NCBI GenBank assembly: GCA_963666735.1
Contig: OY762926.1
Location: 3,168,001 to 3,232,000 of the forward strand
Origin: Gemmatimonadota bacterium
GTDB taxonomy: Bacteria > Gemmatimonadota > Gemmatimonadetes > Palauibacterales > Palauibacteraceae
Direction: 5' to 3'
Length of the DNA stretch: 64,000 bases
Both the position numbers and the translations under genes were made by a program. The notes beneath the pieces were generated by a model that did not search any database, was not told the origin of the DNA, and saw only the letters and a program-made list of their open reading frames with translations. This document shows positions 1 to 9,655 of this stretch, one piece after another (position 1 is the first letter of the stretch; each line of letters opens with the position of its first letter).

Positions 1-67
1 AGTCGACGGATTCGAGCCGCGAAAGCTCGACGTGTCTCAGGGGAAATTTCGTTGTGATCGTCGCCAT
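1..67 (-). CDS. 5' end of an unidentified gene running off the window (MATITTKFPLRHVELSRLESVD...)
   Basis: ATG at 67 on the minus strand with purine-rich GAGAGAATA upstream; open to the window edge; divergent from the gene at 309. Confidence 0.4.
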   Translation of the reverse strand, partial: MATITTKFPLRHVELSRLESVD

Positions 68-308
68 TATTCTCTCGCCTGTAGTCAGTCCTCTGTCATC
101 AGTTGTCGCTGGCCGCCCATCCGATTCCGCGTCATGCCTCCGGCGGAGTTTCGGATGAGCGGGAGGCGACAGCCTAACGCGGACTGTCCCGCCCTGCCAA
201 CCGCCGGCGTCTCCATTGGAGCGGGCGGGGAGCGGGCGGCTACTCGCGCGCCGGGCAAGCTGTTAGTCTCAGACGACGCACGCTCCGCAGAAACGAGGAG
301 GTTCCCGC

Positions 309-1844
309 ATGTTCCCCACCGCCCGCCGCGCGCTCTCCGTCTCCGCCGCGCTGGCCACCCTCGTCGTCCTCGTCCCGAGCGGCGGCCCCCTGCTGGGCCA
401 GACGACGGCGATCGTCGGCGCGACCCTCATCGACGGAAACGGCGGTCCCCCTCTCGCCGATGCCACCGTCGTCGTGGAAGGGGACCGCATCGCCGCCGTT
501 GGTCCGCGCGCGGCAGTCGAGGTGCCGGATGGCGCGCGCGTCCTGGACGGCGCCGGCAAGTTCGTCACCCCCGGCTTCGTGGACACGAACGTCCACATCT
601 CTCTCTACGGCGGGGGCAACAAGGACCGGAAGGAGAGTTCCGTCTTCTACCGGATGATGGGGCCCGAACTCACCCTCGAGGCCGCGCAGATGCACCTCAA
701 GTTCGGCGTCACCCACCTCCGCGACAGCTACGGAGCGCTGCCCGAACTCCAGCAGGTTCGCGATGCCATCGCCTCGGGCAAGGCCATCGGGCCGCGGCTC
801 CAGGTCGCCGGCAACATCGTCGGCTGGGGCGGGCCCTATTCGATCACCTTCGCCCTCATTCCGGAGGACGACCTCTCGCTCTACGAGGAACAGTTCTCCG
901 ACCACATCGCCCAGGGCGCGGGCGAGGATCTGATGGACCTCTATCCGGAGGAGCTGCGGGTGAGGATCCGCGAGTACCTCGACAAGGGGGTGAACTTCCT
1001 CAAGTACGGGGGGACGAGTCACTGGTCGTTCCCCACCCTGATCGGGTTCTCGCCGGAGGCCCAGCGCGTGATCGTCGAGGAGACGCACGCGCGCGGCCTC
1101 ATCGCCGAGACCCATTCCACGAATCCGGAGGGTCTGCGGCTCTCGGTGGAGGCGGGGATTGACCTCATCCAGCACCCCGAGGTGCTCGCCAACCGCGAGA
1201 TATCGGACGCGCTCGTCCAGCAGATCGTGGACCGCGGCATCGTGTGCTCGATGCTCGTGAACACGTTCACCGGGCCCGCCTGGGAGAACCACCTGGCGAA
1301 CCGGGCGGCGGCCGAGGAACGCCTGGCCCGCGAGGCGGAGGGCGCCCGGGCGCGCGAGTGGGGACGGCTGCGGCGGCCCGTGGAACGCGAGAAGACGAGC
1401 TATCAGATCCGCCGCGAGCAGCGGGCGTTGGGACACGGGATGGAGATGCGCCGCCTGAACGCGCAGAAGCTGATCGACGGCGGGTGCATCACGACCCTCG
1501 GCACGGACAACTATGCGGGCGTCGCGCCGGAATACGGACGCGCACCCAAGCCCATCTGGCAGGAGCCCGGCATCGGGACGATTCTCGCCATCGAGGGTCT
1601 CGTCGAAATGGGGATGACGCCGGGCGAGGCGATCGCCGCCGCCACCCGCAACGGCGCCATCGCGGCGGGCGCGCTCGACGAGTTCGGGACGATCGAAGCC
1701 GGCAAGCTCGCCGACCTCCTCGTGCTCGACGCCGACCCGCTCGCCGATATCGCCAATATCCGGAAACAGTCGGTCGTCATGGCCGCCGGCAGGATCGTCG
1801 ATGTGGACGCGCTGCCGACCGAACCCGTCTACTTCAAGCGTTGA
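309..1844 (+). CDS. Amidohydrolase family protein with signal peptide
   Basis: GATLIDG, TPGFVDTNVH, LGTDN and AATRNGA..GTIEAGKLADLLVLDADPL motifs; RBS GAGGAGG upstream. Confidence 0.9.
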   Translation: MFPTARRALSVSAALATLVVLVPSGGPLLGQTTAIVGATLIDGNGGPPLADATVVVEGDRIAAVGPRAAVEVPDGARVLDGAGKFVTPGFVDTNVHISLYGGGNKDRKESSVFYRMMGPELTLEAAQMHLKFGVTHLRDSYGALPELQQVRDAIASGKAIGPRLQVAGNIVGWGGPYSITFALIPEDDLSLYEEQFSDHIAQGAGEDLMDLYPEELRVRIREYLDKGVNFLKYGGTSHWSFPTLIGFSPEAQRVIVEETHARGLIAETHSTNPEGLRLSVEAGIDLIQHPEVLANREISDALVQQIVDRGIVCSMLVNTFTGPAWENHLANRAAAEERLAREAEGARAREWGRLRRPVEREKTSYQIRREQRALGHGMEMRRLNAQKLIDGGCITTLGTDNYAGVAPEYGRAPKPIWQEPGIGTILAIEGLVEMGMTPGEAIAAATRNGAIAAGALDEFGTIEAGKLADLLVLDADPLADIANIRKQSVVMAAGRIVDVDALPTEPVYFKR

Positions 1845-1876
1845 AACTCGTGAATCTCCCGAAACAGGAGCGTCGG

Positions 1877-4800
1877 ATGCCTCCGGTCTCTGGTTCGTCC
1901 CGTCCTTCCGTCCGTCGCGGCCGCTGGTTTGCCGCCGCGGCCGCGTTTTTCCTCGCGCCCGCCGCGCCGGCCCCGCAACTGGCCCCGCAACTGGTCGCGC
2001 AGACCGTCAAACCCGCGCTGGACCACGAAGATACGTACCGCTGGAACTCCATCGGCGCACGCACGATCTCGGCGGACGGCGCCTGGCTCGCCTACGTCCT
2101 CACGCCTTGGGACGGCGACCCCACGCTCGTGGTCGCGCGCATTGATGGCTCGGCCGAACGCCGTTTCCGGGGTCGCTCGCCCTCCTTCACGCGGGATTCG
2201 CGGCACCTCGCCTTCCGCGTGCCGCCGGTCAAGGCCGTGGTCGACTCGCTTCGCCTCGAAGGGGAGCGCGGGGACGATCTCCCCGGCGACTCGCTCGCCG
2301 TCGTGACCCTCGCGGAGGCGTTCGCGGACGGCGCCGGAGATGACGGAGGCGTTCGACGGGCCGGCCCCATCGAGTCCTTCCGGGTCCCGGAGGACGGGGG
2401 CGCCTTCGTCGCGTACCTCCTCTCCGAGAATCCCGAGGAAGACGAGGAGGAAGGAGAAGACGAGGAGGAGATGGAGGAGGAGGCCGAGGAGGCCGCCGAG
2501 GAAGAAGAGGAAGAAGAGGAGCGCTCCGCGGAGTACGAGAAGCGGCACGAGAAGGACGACGGCACGCCGCTCATCCTCCTGAATCTCGACACGGGCGAGG
2601 AGCACGGCTTCGCCGATGTCGTCTCCTACACGGTCGCGGACGCGGGGAACGGGCTCGCGTACGTGACCTCGACGGAAGACGAAGGCGGGGACGGGATCCA
2701 CCTCGTGGACCCCGCGAGCGGCGAGAGCGTGGAAGTGCTCGCCGGGGAGGGCCACTACGAGCAGGTCGCCTTCGACGAAGCGGGCGAGCGCATCGCCTTC
2801 CTCAGCAACGTGGAGGAGTGGGAGATGGACCAGCCGTCCTTCGCGCTCTACCGGTCCGACGGCGAGGCGGCGGAGAAGGTGGCGGACCACGAGACCGCCG
2901 GCGTGCCCGCCGGCTGGTGGATCAGCGAGAACGGCTCCGTCTCCTTCAGCGAGGACGGGGATCGTCTCTTCTTCGGCACCGCGCCGCGACCCGAACCCGA
3001 GCCCGACGAGGAGGTCCTCGACGCGGATCGCGTGACGCTCGACATCTGGAACTGGCGCGACCCCTACCTGCAGCCGATGCAGCTCGTGCAGGCGGACCGA
3101 GAACGCAACCGCTCGTACCTCGCCGTGATGCACGAGGGCCGGGACGCCGTCGTGCAGCTGGGCACGGCGAGCGTCCCCGGCGTGTCGCGCACCGAGACCG
3201 GCGCGAGCGACTACGTCCTTGCCACGAGCGACATGCCCCACCGCCAGAAGGTCTCGTGGGACGGCCGCTACGAGGACGCCTACGCGGTGGACGTCCTGAC
3301 CGGGGAGCGGCGCATGATCGTCGAGGCCGTGCGCGGCTTCGGGGGCGCCAGCCTCTCGCCGGAGGGGACGTACGCCTACTGGTGGGACGAGACGGACCGC
3401 GACTGGAAGGCCGCGCCGATGGACGGCTCCGGGGCCGCGCGCAGTCTCACCGGAGATCTTCCCGTCGCGTTCTACAACGAACTCGACGACCACCCGCAGG
3501 GCCCGCCCCCCTACGGCGGCGCGACGTGGATCGAGGAGGACGCCGCCATGCTGGTGTACGACCGCAACGACGTGTGGCGCGTCGATCCGAGCGGCAATGA
3601 CCCCGCCGTGCGACTGACCGAGGGACGGGAGGTCGATCTCCGCTATCGCGTGCAGCGCGTGGCCGAGGGCGGAGGCGGCAACTTCTTCGGGTTCGGCGGC
3701 GGCGGAGCGGGCGAGGGACTGGAAGAGGGCGAGGTCCTCTTCTCCGTCTTCGACATGGGCACGAAGGCGTCCGGGTTCGCGCGCGGCCGGACGGACGAAG
3801 CGGGCCGCGTCGAGGAACTGGTCATGGACGACGTGCGCTACGCGGCGCCCGCGAAGGCGGAGGATGCGGAACGCCATGTGTGGACGCGCCAGACGTTCGT
3901 CGAATTCCCCGACCTGTGGGTGGGGGATTCGGATTTCGAGAACGCGCGCAAGGTGAGCGACGCCAACCCGCAGCAGGCGGAGTATCGCTGGGGGAGCGCC
4001 GAACTCGTCCACTGGATGTCGAACGACCGCACCCCGCTCGACGGGATCCTGATCAAGCCTGACGGCTTCGACCCATCACAGCAGTATCCGCTCATGGTCT
4101 ACTTCTACGAGCGCATGTCCGACGGGCTGCACAGCTACCAGCCGCCGCTGCCGAACCGGGCTTCGGTCCGCTTCTCCTTCTACGCGAGCCGCGGCTATGT
4201 CGTGTTCGTCCCGGACATCCCCTACGAGATCGGCTATCCGGGGGAGAGCGCGCTCGACGCGGTGGTGCCCGGCGTGCAGGCGCTCATCGCGCAGGGCTTC
4301 ATCGACCCGGACCGGGTCGGCGTGCAGGGCCACTCGTGGGGCGGCTATCAGATCGCCTACATGATCACGAAGACGAACATCTTCGCCGCCGCGGAGGCCG
4401 GCGCGCCGGTGTCGAACATGACGAGCGCCTACGGGGGCATCCGCTGGCAGAGCGGGATGAGCCGCATGTTCCAGTACGAGCGCACGCAGAGCCGCATCGG
4501 GGGCACGCTGTGGGATGAGCGCGACCGCTACATCCACAACTCGCCCGTCTTCTTCGCGGACAAGATCCGGACGCCGCTCCTCATGCTGCACAACGACGAG
4601 GACGGCGCCGTGCCGTGGTACCAGGGGATCGAGATGTTCGTCGCCATGCGTCGGCTCGAGCTGCCCGTGTTCATGCTCAACTACAATGGCGAGGGCCACG
4701 GCCTCGGGCGGCAGGCGAACCAGGAGGACTGGGCGATCCGCATGCAGCAGTTCTTCGACTACTACCTCATCGACGCCCCGGCCCCGCGCTGGATGGAGGA

Positions 4801-4930
4801 AGGTGTCCCGGCCATCGTGAAGGGCCGCGATCTCGGCCTCGAACTCATCGGCAAGCCCGTCTCCGAACAGGGCGGCGTCTCCGGCGAGCGCGGCGGTCCC
4901 CCCGGTGGGCGCGGCGGCGCGGGAAGATGA
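1877..4930 (+). CDS. S9 (prolyl oligopeptidase / dipeptidyl aminopeptidase-like) peptidase, secreted
   Basis: GHSWGG nucleophile motif, LHNDEDGAVP, EGHGL; N-terminal beta-propeller with an acidic linker; ATG 1877 after AGGAG. Confidence 0.92.
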   Translation: MPPVSGSSRPSVRRGRWFAAAAAFFLAPAAPAPQLAPQLVAQTVKPALDHEDTYRWNSIGARTISADGAWLAYVLTPWDGDPTLVVARIDGSAERRFRGRSPSFTRDSRHLAFRVPPVKAVVDSLRLEGERGDDLPGDSLAVVTLAEAFADGAGDDGGVRRAGPIESFRVPEDGGAFVAYLLSENPEEDEEEGEDEEEMEEEAEEAAEEEEEEEERSAEYEKRHEKDDGTPLILLNLDTGEEHGFADVVSYTVADAGNGLAYVTSTEDEGGDGIHLVDPASGESVEVLAGEGHYEQVAFDEAGERIAFLSNVEEWEMDQPSFALYRSDGEAAEKVADHETAGVPAGWWISENGSVSFSEDGDRLFFGTAPRPEPEPDEEVLDADRVTLDIWNWRDPYLQPMQLVQADRERNRSYLAVMHEGRDAVVQLGTASVPGVSRTETGASDYVLATSDMPHRQKVSWDGRYEDAYAVDVLTGERRMIVEAVRGFGGASLSPEGTYAYWWDETDRDWKAAPMDGSGAARSLTGDLPVAFYNELDDHPQGPPPYGGATWIEEDAAMLVYDRNDVWRVDPSGNDPAVRLTEGREVDLRYRVQRVAEGGGGNFFGFGGGGAGEGLEEGEVLFSVFDMGTKASGFARGRTDEAGRVEELVMDDVRYAAPAKAEDAERHVWTRQTFVEFPDLWVGDSDFENARKVSDANPQQAEYRWGSAELVHWMSNDRTPLDGILIKPDGFDPSQQYPLMVYFYERMSDGLHSYQPPLPNRASVRFSFYASRGYVVFVPDIPYEIGYPGESALDAVVPGVQALIAQGFIDPDRVGVQGHSWGGYQIAYMITKTNIFAAAEAGAPVSNMTSAYGGIRWQSGMSRMFQYERTQSRIGGTLWDERDRYIHNSPVFFADKIRTPLLMLHNDEDGAVPWYQGIEMFVAMRRLELPVFMLNYNGEGHGLGRQANQEDWAIRMQQFFDYYLIDAPAPRWMEEGVPAIVKGRDLGLELIGKPVSEQGGVSGERGGPPGGRGGAGR

Positions 4931-6297
4931 CGATCCCGAGGCGGCTCAAGGGGCCCGCCGACATCGCCTCCGGAGCGCACGGCAGTCTCCGTCGCGCGTT
5001 ATGCGCCTCGGCGGTTGTCTTGATCGCGACCGTCGCCTTGCCCGCCCCGGGTGCGGCGATGCCACACTTTCCGCAGGATCCGCAGGAAGTGAGCGTCGAC
5101 ACCCTCGAGGGTGGCCGCATCGTCGTGTCCAACCCGGACCGCGCGCGTGGCCGGCGACCCGGCGAGTGGCGCCTCGTCGAGGAACTCCGGCTCGGCCAGG
5201 TGGACGGAACCGGGCCTGACGTCTTCGGGGATGTGCACGACGTCGCTGCGGACGAGAACGGTCGCCTCTACGTGCTGGATTACGGTTCGAAAGAGGTCCG
5301 CGTCTTCGACCGCGAGGGCCGTCACCTGCGCAACATGGCACGCGACGGAGAAGGACCCGGCGAGCTTCGCTATTCCGGCTTCTCTCCCACGTACCGGATC
5401 ATCTGGCAACCGCCGAACCGTCTCTGGGTCGGCGACCGCTATCAGCAGTTGAGTTTCGATTCACTGGGGAATGAACTCAGCCGAGTCGGCCAGCCCTTCG
5501 GCCCCGGGATGCCCATCAGCAGCACCGCGATGCGGGACGGCCTGCGTCGCGGCATGATCGTCGCTGCCGACGGGTCGGGCTTCATCTATCAGCAGGTGAG
5601 CGTCCGCGACCGCACGACTTCGGGCGATCAGACCGTTTCCCACAGCCGCACCTACGGTGTGCGCCTGCCAATTTATCCCGAGCATCCCGACCCGGTGTTG
5701 CCACGGGATTCCCTCCTGCTCGACAGCCGCCTCTCCACGAGCACGAGCCAGAGTCGATCGAGCCGCGATGGCAACATTACGATCGGCGGCATCGTCAAGG
5801 TCTCGATTCCGCGGCGCGTGTGGGCGTTCGCCGGCGGTGAGACGGTCTGGGTGGCGAACAGGGCCGCCTATCGCTTCCACGAGGTCACGTTCGCCGGGGA
5901 CACGGTCCGCACGGTCGAGCTTGGCGACCCGCCGCCGCCTCCGCCGGACGACTCCGACGAGTCGGAGTTCGAACCCCTCATGGCGGGCCTGGACATCTCC
6001 CCCGAGGGCTGGCTGTGGGTGCTGCGGCACCGGGATGATCCGGGCGACGATCCGATCTGGGATCTGTTCGACAACTGCGGCCGCTACCGTGGCAGGGTCT
6101 CATCGCCGGCGAGGATCGCCAACGTGCGGTTCGGGGGCGAGACGGTGGATCCCATCGACGTCGGCGCGGGCGGCGTCGTCCATGCGCATGCCCGCGATGC
6201 CCTGGACGTGAGCTACGTGCTCCGCTTGCGGCTGGAGAGCGCGGGCGGAACGCCGGTCGTGCCGGAGAACTGCCGCGTCCGGCCGACCCCTTCGTAG
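4927..6297 (+). CDS. 6-bladed beta-propeller (NHL-like) secreted protein
   Basis: ELRLGQVDG..FG.V.DVAAD..GRLYVLD..VRVFD.EG..G.GPGE pattern; ATGA overlap with the upstream stop. Confidence 0.75.
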   Translation: MTIPRRLKGPADIASGAHGSLRRALCASAVVLIATVALPAPGAAMPHFPQDPQEVSVDTLEGGRIVVSNPDRARGRRPGEWRLVEELRLGQVDGTGPDVFGDVHDVAADENGRLYVLDYGSKEVRVFDREGRHLRNMARDGEGPGELRYSGFSPTYRIIWQPPNRLWVGDRYQQLSFDSLGNELSRVGQPFGPGMPISSTAMRDGLRRGMIVAADGSGFIYQQVSVRDRTTSGDQTVSHSRTYGVRLPIYPEHPDPVLPRDSLLLDSRLSTSTSQSRSSRDGNITIGGIVKVSIPRRVWAFAGGETVWVANRAAYRFHEVTFAGDTVRTVELGDPPPPPPDDSDESEFEPLMAGLDISPEGWLWVLRHRDDPGDDPIWDLFDNCGRYRGRVSSPARIANVRFGGETVDPIDVGAGGVVHAHARDALDVSYVLRLRLESAGGTPVVPENCRVRPTPS

Positions 6298-6322
6298 TTG
6301 GGTTGAGAAGGAGGGGGAGCGG

Positions 6323-7501
6323 TTGGTGACGTCGGCGTTGCGAGCGCTGGAGTTGTTCACCGGGGCCGGAGGGCTCGCCCTCGGCACGCACACCGCCGGA
6401 TTCCGGCATACCGCGCTGCTCGATTGGAACCGCGGCGCGTGCGCCACGCTTCGTGAGAACATCCGGCACGCCACCGTCCCAGGAGTTTCGGATTGGAACG
6501 TTGTTGAGGGTGATGTCCGTGACTGCCACTACGATTCGTTCGGCCGGGTCCAACTCGTAGCGGGCGGTCCGCCCTGCCAGCCCTTCAGCATCGGCGGAAA
6601 ACACCGGGGGATGAACGACCGGAGGGACATGATTCCGGAGTTCATCCGCGCCATACGCGAGGTTAGGCCCGACGCCTTTATCTTCGAAAACGTCAAGGGA
6701 CTAACCCGCGCGACTTTCCGTAATTGTCTTTCCTACATTGAGTTGCGACTTCAACATCCCGAGGTCGTGGCACGACCCGATGACTCGTGGGAGGATCACC
6801 TTGCTCGGCTGGAGGATGTACACACGCGCGGAACCCGTGAAGGGCTTCACTACCGGGTTGTGCGGCGCTTACTGAACGCCGCCGACTACGGAGTACCGCA
6901 GACTCGGGAACGCGTGTTCATCGTGGGCTTCCGGCGAGACCTCGATGCCGACTGGCACTTTCCGGAACCGACCCACTCTCGCGAGCGGCTCCAGTACGAC
7001 CAGTGGGTGTCGGGCCAATACTGGGAAGAGCGCCAGCTCGAGGCGCCAGAGCCTCCCGCTCGCCTGGCCAGCACCATCCGCCGGCTTCCCACGCTCTTGC
7101 CGCCCGAAGAGAAGCCTTGGGTAACCCTGCGCGACGCGATCGCCGACCTTCCGGGGCCGAGGGAGCACGGGGAGTCGCCTGGCGTCTTGTTCCATCGGTT
7201 GCAGCCGGGTGCTCGAGCCTATCCGGGGCATACCGGAAGTCCCCTGGATCGGCCGGCGAAGACGCTGAAGGCGGGTGTTCACGGGGTGCCGGGCGGCGAG
7301 AACATGATCGCCTTTCCGAGTGGGCGCGTGCGTTACCTCACCGTCCGCGAGGGGGCTCGCGTGCAGACCTTTCCTGATGCGTGGCGATTCACGGGAAGCT
7401 GGACAGAGACCATGAGGCAGCTTGGGAACGCCGTGCCGATGCGACTCGCCGCGATCCTCGCACGGAGCGTTGCCGCTCGCCTCAATGAGGCCGATGGCTG
7501 A
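6323..7501 (+). CDS. dcm: DNA (cytosine-5)-methyltransferase, Eco29kI/SacII-like (likely CCGCGG)
   Basis: Motif I ELFTGAGG, IV GGPPCQPFS, VI FENVKG, VIII PQTRERVF, X GNAVP; target-recognition region GARAYPGHTGSPLDRPAKTLKAGVHGVPGGEN. Confidence 0.93.
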   Translation: MVTSALRALELFTGAGGLALGTHTAGFRHTALLDWNRGACATLRENIRHATVPGVSDWNVVEGDVRDCHYDSFGRVQLVAGGPPCQPFSIGGKHRGMNDRRDMIPEFIRAIREVRPDAFIFENVKGLTRATFRNCLSYIELRLQHPEVVARPDDSWEDHLARLEDVHTRGTREGLHYRVVRRLLNAADYGVPQTRERVFIVGFRRDLDADWHFPEPTHSRERLQYDQWVSGQYWEERQLEAPEPPARLASTIRRLPTLLPPEEKPWVTLRDAIADLPGPREHGESPGVLFHRLQPGARAYPGHTGSPLDRPAKTLKAGVHGVPGGENMIAFPSGRVRYLTVREGARVQTFPDAWRFTGSWTETMRQLGNAVPMRLAAILARSVAARLNEADG

Positions 7502-7659
7502 ACCCGCAACCTGCCGCCGAGAATCTCCGTCTCGCGGACTTCACGTGCCGCCACCTGGTGGTCGTTCCCCTGTGGATCACGATGGCGGAGCGCTTCCTGA
7601 TCGAGCACTACCAGCCGTGCTGGAACGTCTGCATTGCGGTTATCCCAAAAACGCCCTGA
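7494..7659 (+). pseudogene. Remnant of an Eco29kI-family (GIY-YIG) restriction endonuclease
   Basis: Frame from 7513 reads AAENLRLADFTCRHLVVVPLWITMAERFLIEHYQPCWNVCI, resembling the Eco29kI-family C-terminal core; ATG 7494 overlaps the dcm stop but is out of frame. Confidence 0.7.
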
Positions 7660-8065
7660 CCCTCTTGGCCAGCGGGTCGAGGTCCTTCGTTTCGCACTCC
7701 CAGATGACGAGTACTCCCCAGCCCGTACGCCGCAGCGTGGCTTCGTTGAGGCGGTCGCGGCGGGCGTTGCCGTTGAGCTTGTCGCGCCAGAAGTCGCGGG
7801 TCTCGGGCGACTTCGGAATGCGATTCTTCGAACACCCCTCGTGCCGGTGCCAGAAGCAACCATGGACGAAGATCACCTTGCGGCGGGGCCGAAACGCGAG
7901 ATCGGGGCGTCCCGGCAGCTCTTTCGCATGAAGGCGGTAGCGGTATCCGAGGCCGTGTACGAGCCGGCGCACCCTCATCTCGGGTTTCGTGTCCCTGGAG
8001 CGGATGCGGCTCATCAGTTCGCTGCGCTCGCGAACCGTAAGCGTGTCGAGGCTGCTTCCTTCCAT
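7640..8065 (-). CDS. vsr: Very short patch repair endonuclease
   Basis: ERSELMSRIRSRDTKPE, LPGRPD, FVHGCFWHRH and VIWECE motifs; adjacent to a C5 methyltransferase. Confidence 0.95.
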   Translation of the reverse strand: MEGSSLDTLTVRERSELMSRIRSRDTKPEMRVRRLVHGLGYRYRLHAKELPGRPDLAFRPRRKVIFVHGCFWHRHEGCSKNRIPKSPETRDFWRDKLNGNARRDRLNEATLRRTGWGVLVIWECETKDLDPLAKRVRAFLG

Positions 8066-8236
8066 GCGATTGTCCCGGCAGCCCGCCATCGAGCCATGCA
8101 GCGGCGGCAGATTTCCTGTTTGCGAGAATGATGCCGGATCGTGCCCGCCCGAGCCAGAGCGGCGCCGCGTGCGAACCGAGTGCGGGCCGCGCCTCGGATT
8201 GTCAGACGGGGAGGGTAGCGCGCACGTTCAGTGTTC

Positions 8237-9625
8237 ATGGCGACACCACGAACGTTTCGCGAGCGCGTCGGGCGACGAGTGCGGAGGCTGCGGTTTCCGC
8301 ACCCGCTGACCCTGCTGACGGTGGCGATCCTTGCGGCCGCGGCGCTGTCGTATGTCCTGCCGGCCGGAGAGTACGACCGGCGGGACGATCCGGAGACGGG
8401 GCGCAGCGTCGTGGTGCCCGGGACCTACCACGAAGTCGAAGCGAACCGCATCGGGGCCTTCGAGGCCATCGTCGCGATTCCCCGGGGAATGGCGGACCGC
8501 GCCGACGTCGTGTTTCTCATCTTCCTCATCGGCGGCGCCTTCGCCGTGTTCGACGCGACGGGAGCGCTCCGGCGCGGCATCGCGCGGCTCGTCGAAGTGC
8601 TCCAGGGGCGTGAAATCCTCGCGATCCCCGTCGTGTGTCTCGCCTTCGCGGCGGGCGGCGTCACGGAGAACATGCAGGAGGAGATCATCCCGCTGGTTCC
8701 CGCGCTCATGCTGCTCGCGAAACGGCTCGGCTACTCCCCGATGGTGGGAGTGGCCGTCAGCGCGGGCTCCGCGTTCGTGGGGTCGGCCTTCAGTCCCATC
8801 AACCCGTTTCAGGTCGTCACCGCGCAGAGGGTCGCGGAGGTGCCGCTCGGCTCGGGCAGCGGGTTCCGCCTCGTATTCCTGGCCATTGCGCTCGGCCTCT
8901 GGATCTGGTGGACGATGCGGTACGCCGACCGCACCCGGGTCCCCCCGGAAGAAGCGGACGCTTCCGAACCGGACGCCGCCTTCGGATGGAGAGACGGGAC
9001 CATCTTCGCGATCGTCGCCTCCACTTTCGGCATCCTCGTGTGGGGGCTGCTGTCCCGGGGGTGGGACTTCGACCACATGTCCGCGCTCTTCTTCATCATG
9101 GGGATCGTGGTGGGGATCATCGGCCGGCTCGGCGTCACGGGGACGGCCCAGGCCTACGCGGAGGGTTTCCGCTCGATGGGGTACGCCGCGCTCCTCATCG
9201 GTTTCGCGCACGCGATCTACGTCGTCATGGTCGACGGGCGCGTCATCGACACGATCGTGCGCGGGCTCTTCATCCCGCTCGCCGACCTGCCGCTCGCGCT
9301 TTCGGCCATCGGCATGTCGGCCGCGCAGGGCGTGCTGCACTTCGCCGTGCCCAGCGTGAGCGGCCAGGCGGTGCTGACGCTCCCGGTCCTCGTCCCGTTG
9401 TCGGATCTGCTCGGGCTCTCGCGCCAGATCACGATCCTCGCCTACCAGTACGGGGCGGGGCTGTGCGAACTGATCACGCCCACCAACGGCGCGCTGATGG
9501 CGATCCTCGCTGCGAGCGGCGTCCGCTACGAGTCGTGGCTGCGCTTCGTGATTCCGCGCTACCTGATGCTGATGGCGCTCGGCGCGATCGCCCTCGTCAT
9601 CGCCCTCGCGATCGGCTACAGCTGA
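8237..9625 (+). CDS. YfcC/DcuC-like membrane transporter
   Basis: FPHP..LL, PAGEYDR, PINPFQV, VPSVSGQAVLTLP and ITPTNGALMA motifs; many TM segments. Confidence 0.88.
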   Translation: MATPRTFRERVGRRVRRLRFPHPLTLLTVAILAAAALSYVLPAGEYDRRDDPETGRSVVVPGTYHEVEANRIGAFEAIVAIPRGMADRADVVFLIFLIGGAFAVFDATGALRRGIARLVEVLQGREILAIPVVCLAFAAGGVTENMQEEIIPLVPALMLLAKRLGYSPMVGVAVSAGSAFVGSAFSPINPFQVVTAQRVAEVPLGSGSGFRLVFLAIALGLWIWWTMRYADRTRVPPEEADASEPDAAFGWRDGTIFAIVASTFGILVWGLLSRGWDFDHMSALFFIMGIVVGIIGRLGVTGTAQAYAEGFRSMGYAALLIGFAHAIYVVMVDGRVIDTIVRGLFIPLADLPLALSAIGMSAAQGVLHFAVPSVSGQAVLTLPVLVPLSDLLGLSRQITILAYQYGAGLCELITPTNGALMAILAASGVRYESWLRFVIPRYLMLMALGAIALVIALAIGYS

Positions 9626-9632
9626 CGCTCAC

Positions 9633-9650
9633 ACGTTCCCGCGGGAACGT
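9633..9650. terminator. Perfect 18-bp palindrome between convergent genes (possible bidirectional terminator)
   Basis: ACGTTCCCGCGGGAACGT is self-complementary and lies between stops at 9625 and 9656; no U-tract. Confidence 0.35.
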
Positions 9651-9655
9651 CTCCG

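Noticed and set aside
172..268. Integron attC site (GCCTAAC...GTTAGTC)
   Set aside because: The right end does not fit GTTRRRY, inner L boxes do not pair convincingly, and there is no cassette array or integrase.
1244..1876. N-terminal extension of the S9 peptidase given by the ORF track
   Set aside because: It overlaps the amidohydrolase in another frame; RBS and signal peptide point to ATG 1877.
2436..2521. Purine-rich low-complexity tract as a separate element
   Set aside because: It encodes the Glu/Asp-rich linker inside the S9 peptidase.
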